DNA of 61,525 nucleotides from Thermoplasmata archaeon (GTDB taxonomy: Archaea; Thermoplasmatota; Thermoplasmata; Lutacidiplasmatales; UBA184), in assembly GCA_021827405.1 (NCBI GenBank), contig JAKAVY010000005.1, forward strand, positions 1 through 61,525. Direction: 5' to 3'. Below are positions 59,552 through 61,525 of the stretch, piece by piece. How positions within the stretch are numbered: position 1 is the first letter of the stretch; every line of letters starts with the position of its first letter. The notes under the pieces are model-generated. The model worked only from the letters and a program-made list of their open reading frames with translations. It searched no databases and had not been told where the DNA came from. A program made the position numbers and the translations under genes.

Positions 59552-60702
59552 TCGCCCCGTCGGAAGCGGCCGCCTGGGCCCGGGAGTACCCCCGACCGGT
59601 CCGGGTGGCGGCCGTGGCCTCCCACTCCGCGCTGGACACCTTCGACGGGGCCGTGACGGAGGGGTTCCCCACCCTGGCGCTCTGCCAGCAGGGCCGGGAG
59701 CGCACCTACACCCAGTACTTCCGGACCCTCCGCGACGGGCAGGGCCGGCGGGTGCGGGGATGCGTGGACGACTCCCGGGTCTTCCCCCAGTTCCGGGAGC
59801 TGTTGCAGGAGGGGACGCTCCACGCGCTCCGGGCGGAGGGGGCGCTTATCGTCCCGAACCGGGCCCTGACCTCCTACCTCGACGTTTCCGACGTGGAGGA
59901 ACGGCTCCGGCTGCCGTTGCTCGGCTCCCGGGGGCTGCTCCGGATCGAGGAGCGCACCGAGCGCGAGAACTACTACACGCTCCTGGCCCGGGCCGGCATC
60001 CCCACCCCGGAGGAGGTCAAGGACCCCCGGGAGATCGACGGCCTCACCCTGGTGAAGCTCCCCCACGCCCGGAAGCGGCTGGAGCGAGGGTTCTTCACCT
60101 GCGCCTCCTTCGAGGAGTACCAGCGGAAGTCCGAGACGTTGACCCGGATGGGTGTGACCCGGCCGGAGGACCTCGCCCGGGCCCGGAGGGAGCGCTACGT
60201 GATCGGACCGGTGTTCAACCTGAACTTCTTTCACAGCCCCCTCGCCCCCCGCGAGGAGGCGCTGGAGCTCCTGGGGATCGACGAACGGCGGGAGAGCTCC
60301 CTGGACGGGCTGGTCCGGCTCCCGGCGGAGGAGCAGATGGAGCTCCCGCCCTCCGAGCGCATCCCGGAGTACACCGTGGTCGGCCACGGGAGCCTCACCC
60401 TGCGGGAGTCGCTCCTGGAGGAGGCGTTCCGCCTGGGCGAGAAGTTCGTGGCCGCGGCCCGGGAGAGCCACCCCCCCGGGGTGGTGGGCCCCTTCTGCCT
60501 GCAGACCTGCGTGGACAAGGACCAGCGCTTCTTCGTCTTCGACGTGGCCGTCCGCCTGGGGGGAGGCACCAACATCCACATGGCGCTGGGACACCCGTAC
60601 GGCAACACCCTGTGGCGGGAGCCCATGTCCTCGGCCCGACGCCTGGCCCGGGAGCTCTCCCGGGCCCTTGAGGAAGGTCGGCTCGACGAGGTGGTCACGT
60701 GA
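59548..60702 (+). CDS. purP: FAICAR synthetase PurP (formate-dependent, ATP-grasp, archaeal)
   Basis: The product reads VAAVASHSALDTFDGAVTEGFPTLALCQQGRERTY...ALIVPNRALTSY...LLGSRGLLRIEERTERENYYTLLARAGIPTPE...LVKLPHARKRLERGFF...VIGPVFNLNFFHSPL...VVGHGSLTLRESLL...GPFCLQT...FFVFDVAVRLGGGTN. The tentative start is TTG 59548, which forms a TTGA overlap with the large-subunit stop. An alternative GTG lies at 59605. Confidence 0.85.
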   Translation: MIAPSEAAAWAREYPRPVRVAAVASHSALDTFDGAVTEGFPTLALCQQGRERTYTQYFRTLRDGQGRRVRGCVDDSRVFPQFRELLQEGTLHALRAEGALIVPNRALTSYLDVSDVEERLRLPLLGSRGLLRIEERTERENYYTLLARAGIPTPEEVKDPREIDGLTLVKLPHARKRLERGFFTCASFEEYQRKSETLTRMGVTRPEDLARARRERYVIGPVFNLNFFHSPLAPREEALELLGIDERRESSLDGLVRLPAEEQMELPPSERIPEYTVVGHGSLTLRESLLEEAFRLGEKFVAAARESHPPGVVGPFCLQTCVDKDQRFFVFDVAVRLGGGTNIHMALGHPYGNTLWREPMSSARRLARELSRALEEGRLDEVVT

Positions 60703-61525
60703 TCGGGGTCACGGAGCCGCCCCCCACCCCGGCGGGGCCGTTGTCCCGGACCCCGCTGTTCTCCCTCCATCAGGCGCGGGGCGGGCACCTGGTCCCCTTT
60801 CACGGGTGGGAGCTGCCCCTCTACTACGCCGGGACCGGGATCCTCCGCGAGCACGAGGCGGTCCGCCGGGACGTGGGGGTCTTTGACGTCTCGCACATGG
60901 GGATCCTCACCCTGGAGGGACCCGGGAGCGCGGAGCTCCTTACCCGCCGGACGCCTTCCAACGCCACCCATGCGAGGCCGGGCCAGGCCCGGTACACCTG
61001 CCTTTTGGACCCGGAGGCGCACCTGGTGGACGACGCCCTCTGGTCGCGCACCGACGACCTCGCAGGGCCGACGAACTTCCTCTTCGTGCCCAACGCCGGT
61101 CCGGCGCCCCGGGTCTTCGAGGTCCTTCGGCAGCACCGGGGACGGAACTGCGAGCTTACGCGACACAACGGCTCGGCCGGGATCCTGGCCGTGCAGGGCC
61201 CCCGGTCCCGGGAGCTGTTGGAATCCCTCTTCCCCTGGGACCTCTCCCCTCTGGCGCCGTACACCGGCGCCTTCTTCCCCCTCGCGGGAGCCCGGTCGGC
61301 CGGTTCCCTGGGCGGGAGCTTCGCCGCCCGGCTGCGCGAGCACGCCTGGGTCAGCCGGACCGGCTACACCGGGGAGCTCGGCTACGAGCTCTTCCTGGAG
61401 GCCTCGCGGTTGCCTCCGGCCTTCACCGCCCTGCTCGACGGCGGCGCCACGGCCTGCGGCCTGGGCGCGAGGGACACCCTGAGGATGGAGAAGGGCTACC
61501 TGCTCTCCGGAGTGGACTTTAACGG
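60699..61525 (+). CDS. gcvT: Glycine cleavage system T protein (aminomethyltransferase), 5' part only (runs off the right edge)
   Basis: It is absent from the ORF track because there is no stop in the window. My translation from GTG 60699 reads ...LSRTPLFSLHQARGGHLVPFHGWELPLYYAGTGILREHEAVRRDVGVFDVSHMGILTLEGPGSAELL...ARYTCLLDPEAHLVDD...LAVQGPRSRELL...SRTGYTGELGYELF...GLGARDTLRMEKGY. A GTGA overlap joins it to the purP stop. Confidence 0.85.
   Translation, partial: MIGVTEPPPTPAGPLSRTPLFSLHQARGGHLVPFHGWELPLYYAGTGILREHEAVRRDVGVFDVSHMGILTLEGPGSAELLTRRTPSNATHARPGQARYTCLLDPEAHLVDDALWSRTDDLAGPTNFLFVPNAGPAPRVFEVLRQHRGRNCELTRHNGSAGILAVQGPRSRELLESLFPWDLSPLAPYTGAFFPLAGARSAGSLGGSFAARLREHAWVSRTGYTGELGYELFLEASRLPPAFTALLDGGATACGLGARDTLRMEKGYLLSGVDFN

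Overview
This is a very GC-rich archaeal chromosomal segment. Third codon positions are almost all G/C, so every real gene is shadowed by long stop-free ORFs in other frames. The gene set looks euryarchaeal or Thermoplasmatota-like: PolD large subunit (DP2), FtsZ, RadA, an L7Ae-S28e-L24e-NDK cluster, archaeal TyrRS, type-2 MetAP, PurP and a split MetE. I support about 50 protein genes, one tRNA and one candidate structured RNA. Most genes are housekeeping or metabolic: purC, purH, purP, gcvT, malic enzyme, hutH, a DyP peroxidase, a cupredoxin, a three-subunit Mo-hydroxylase, a P-type ATPase, an MMPL transporter, prolyl oligopeptidase and MutY. Many genes have an A/T-rich TATA-like word about 25-30 nt upstream of the start codon, which suggests leaderless transcripts. 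Several gene pairs have 4-nt start/stop overlaps. I found no rRNA, CRISPR array, transposase or integrase. The items most worth follow-up are listed here.
- A tRNA-Arg(UCG) is interrupted by a ~32-nt insert in the T-arm.
- A proteasome alpha-type subunit has its N-terminus replaced by a ribbon-helix-helix domain, behind a duplicated ATACGTTAAA word.
- A Cas4-like Fe-S nuclease with a membrane hairpin is split across two reading frames and has no CRISPR context.
- A 1618-aa surface-anchored sedolisin-type protease sits on a coiled-coil stalk.
- A 435-nt gene-free, helix-dense gap carries RNase P RNA-like CR-I and CR-V words.
- A KaiC-like ATPase is fused to a long coiled coil and lies between surface-protein genes.
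- A MutY carries an intact Nudix box.
- A five-gene overlap-coupled unit joins a Mo-hydroxylase to purP and gcvT.
All functional calls come from motif recognition by eye. No searches or computations were run.
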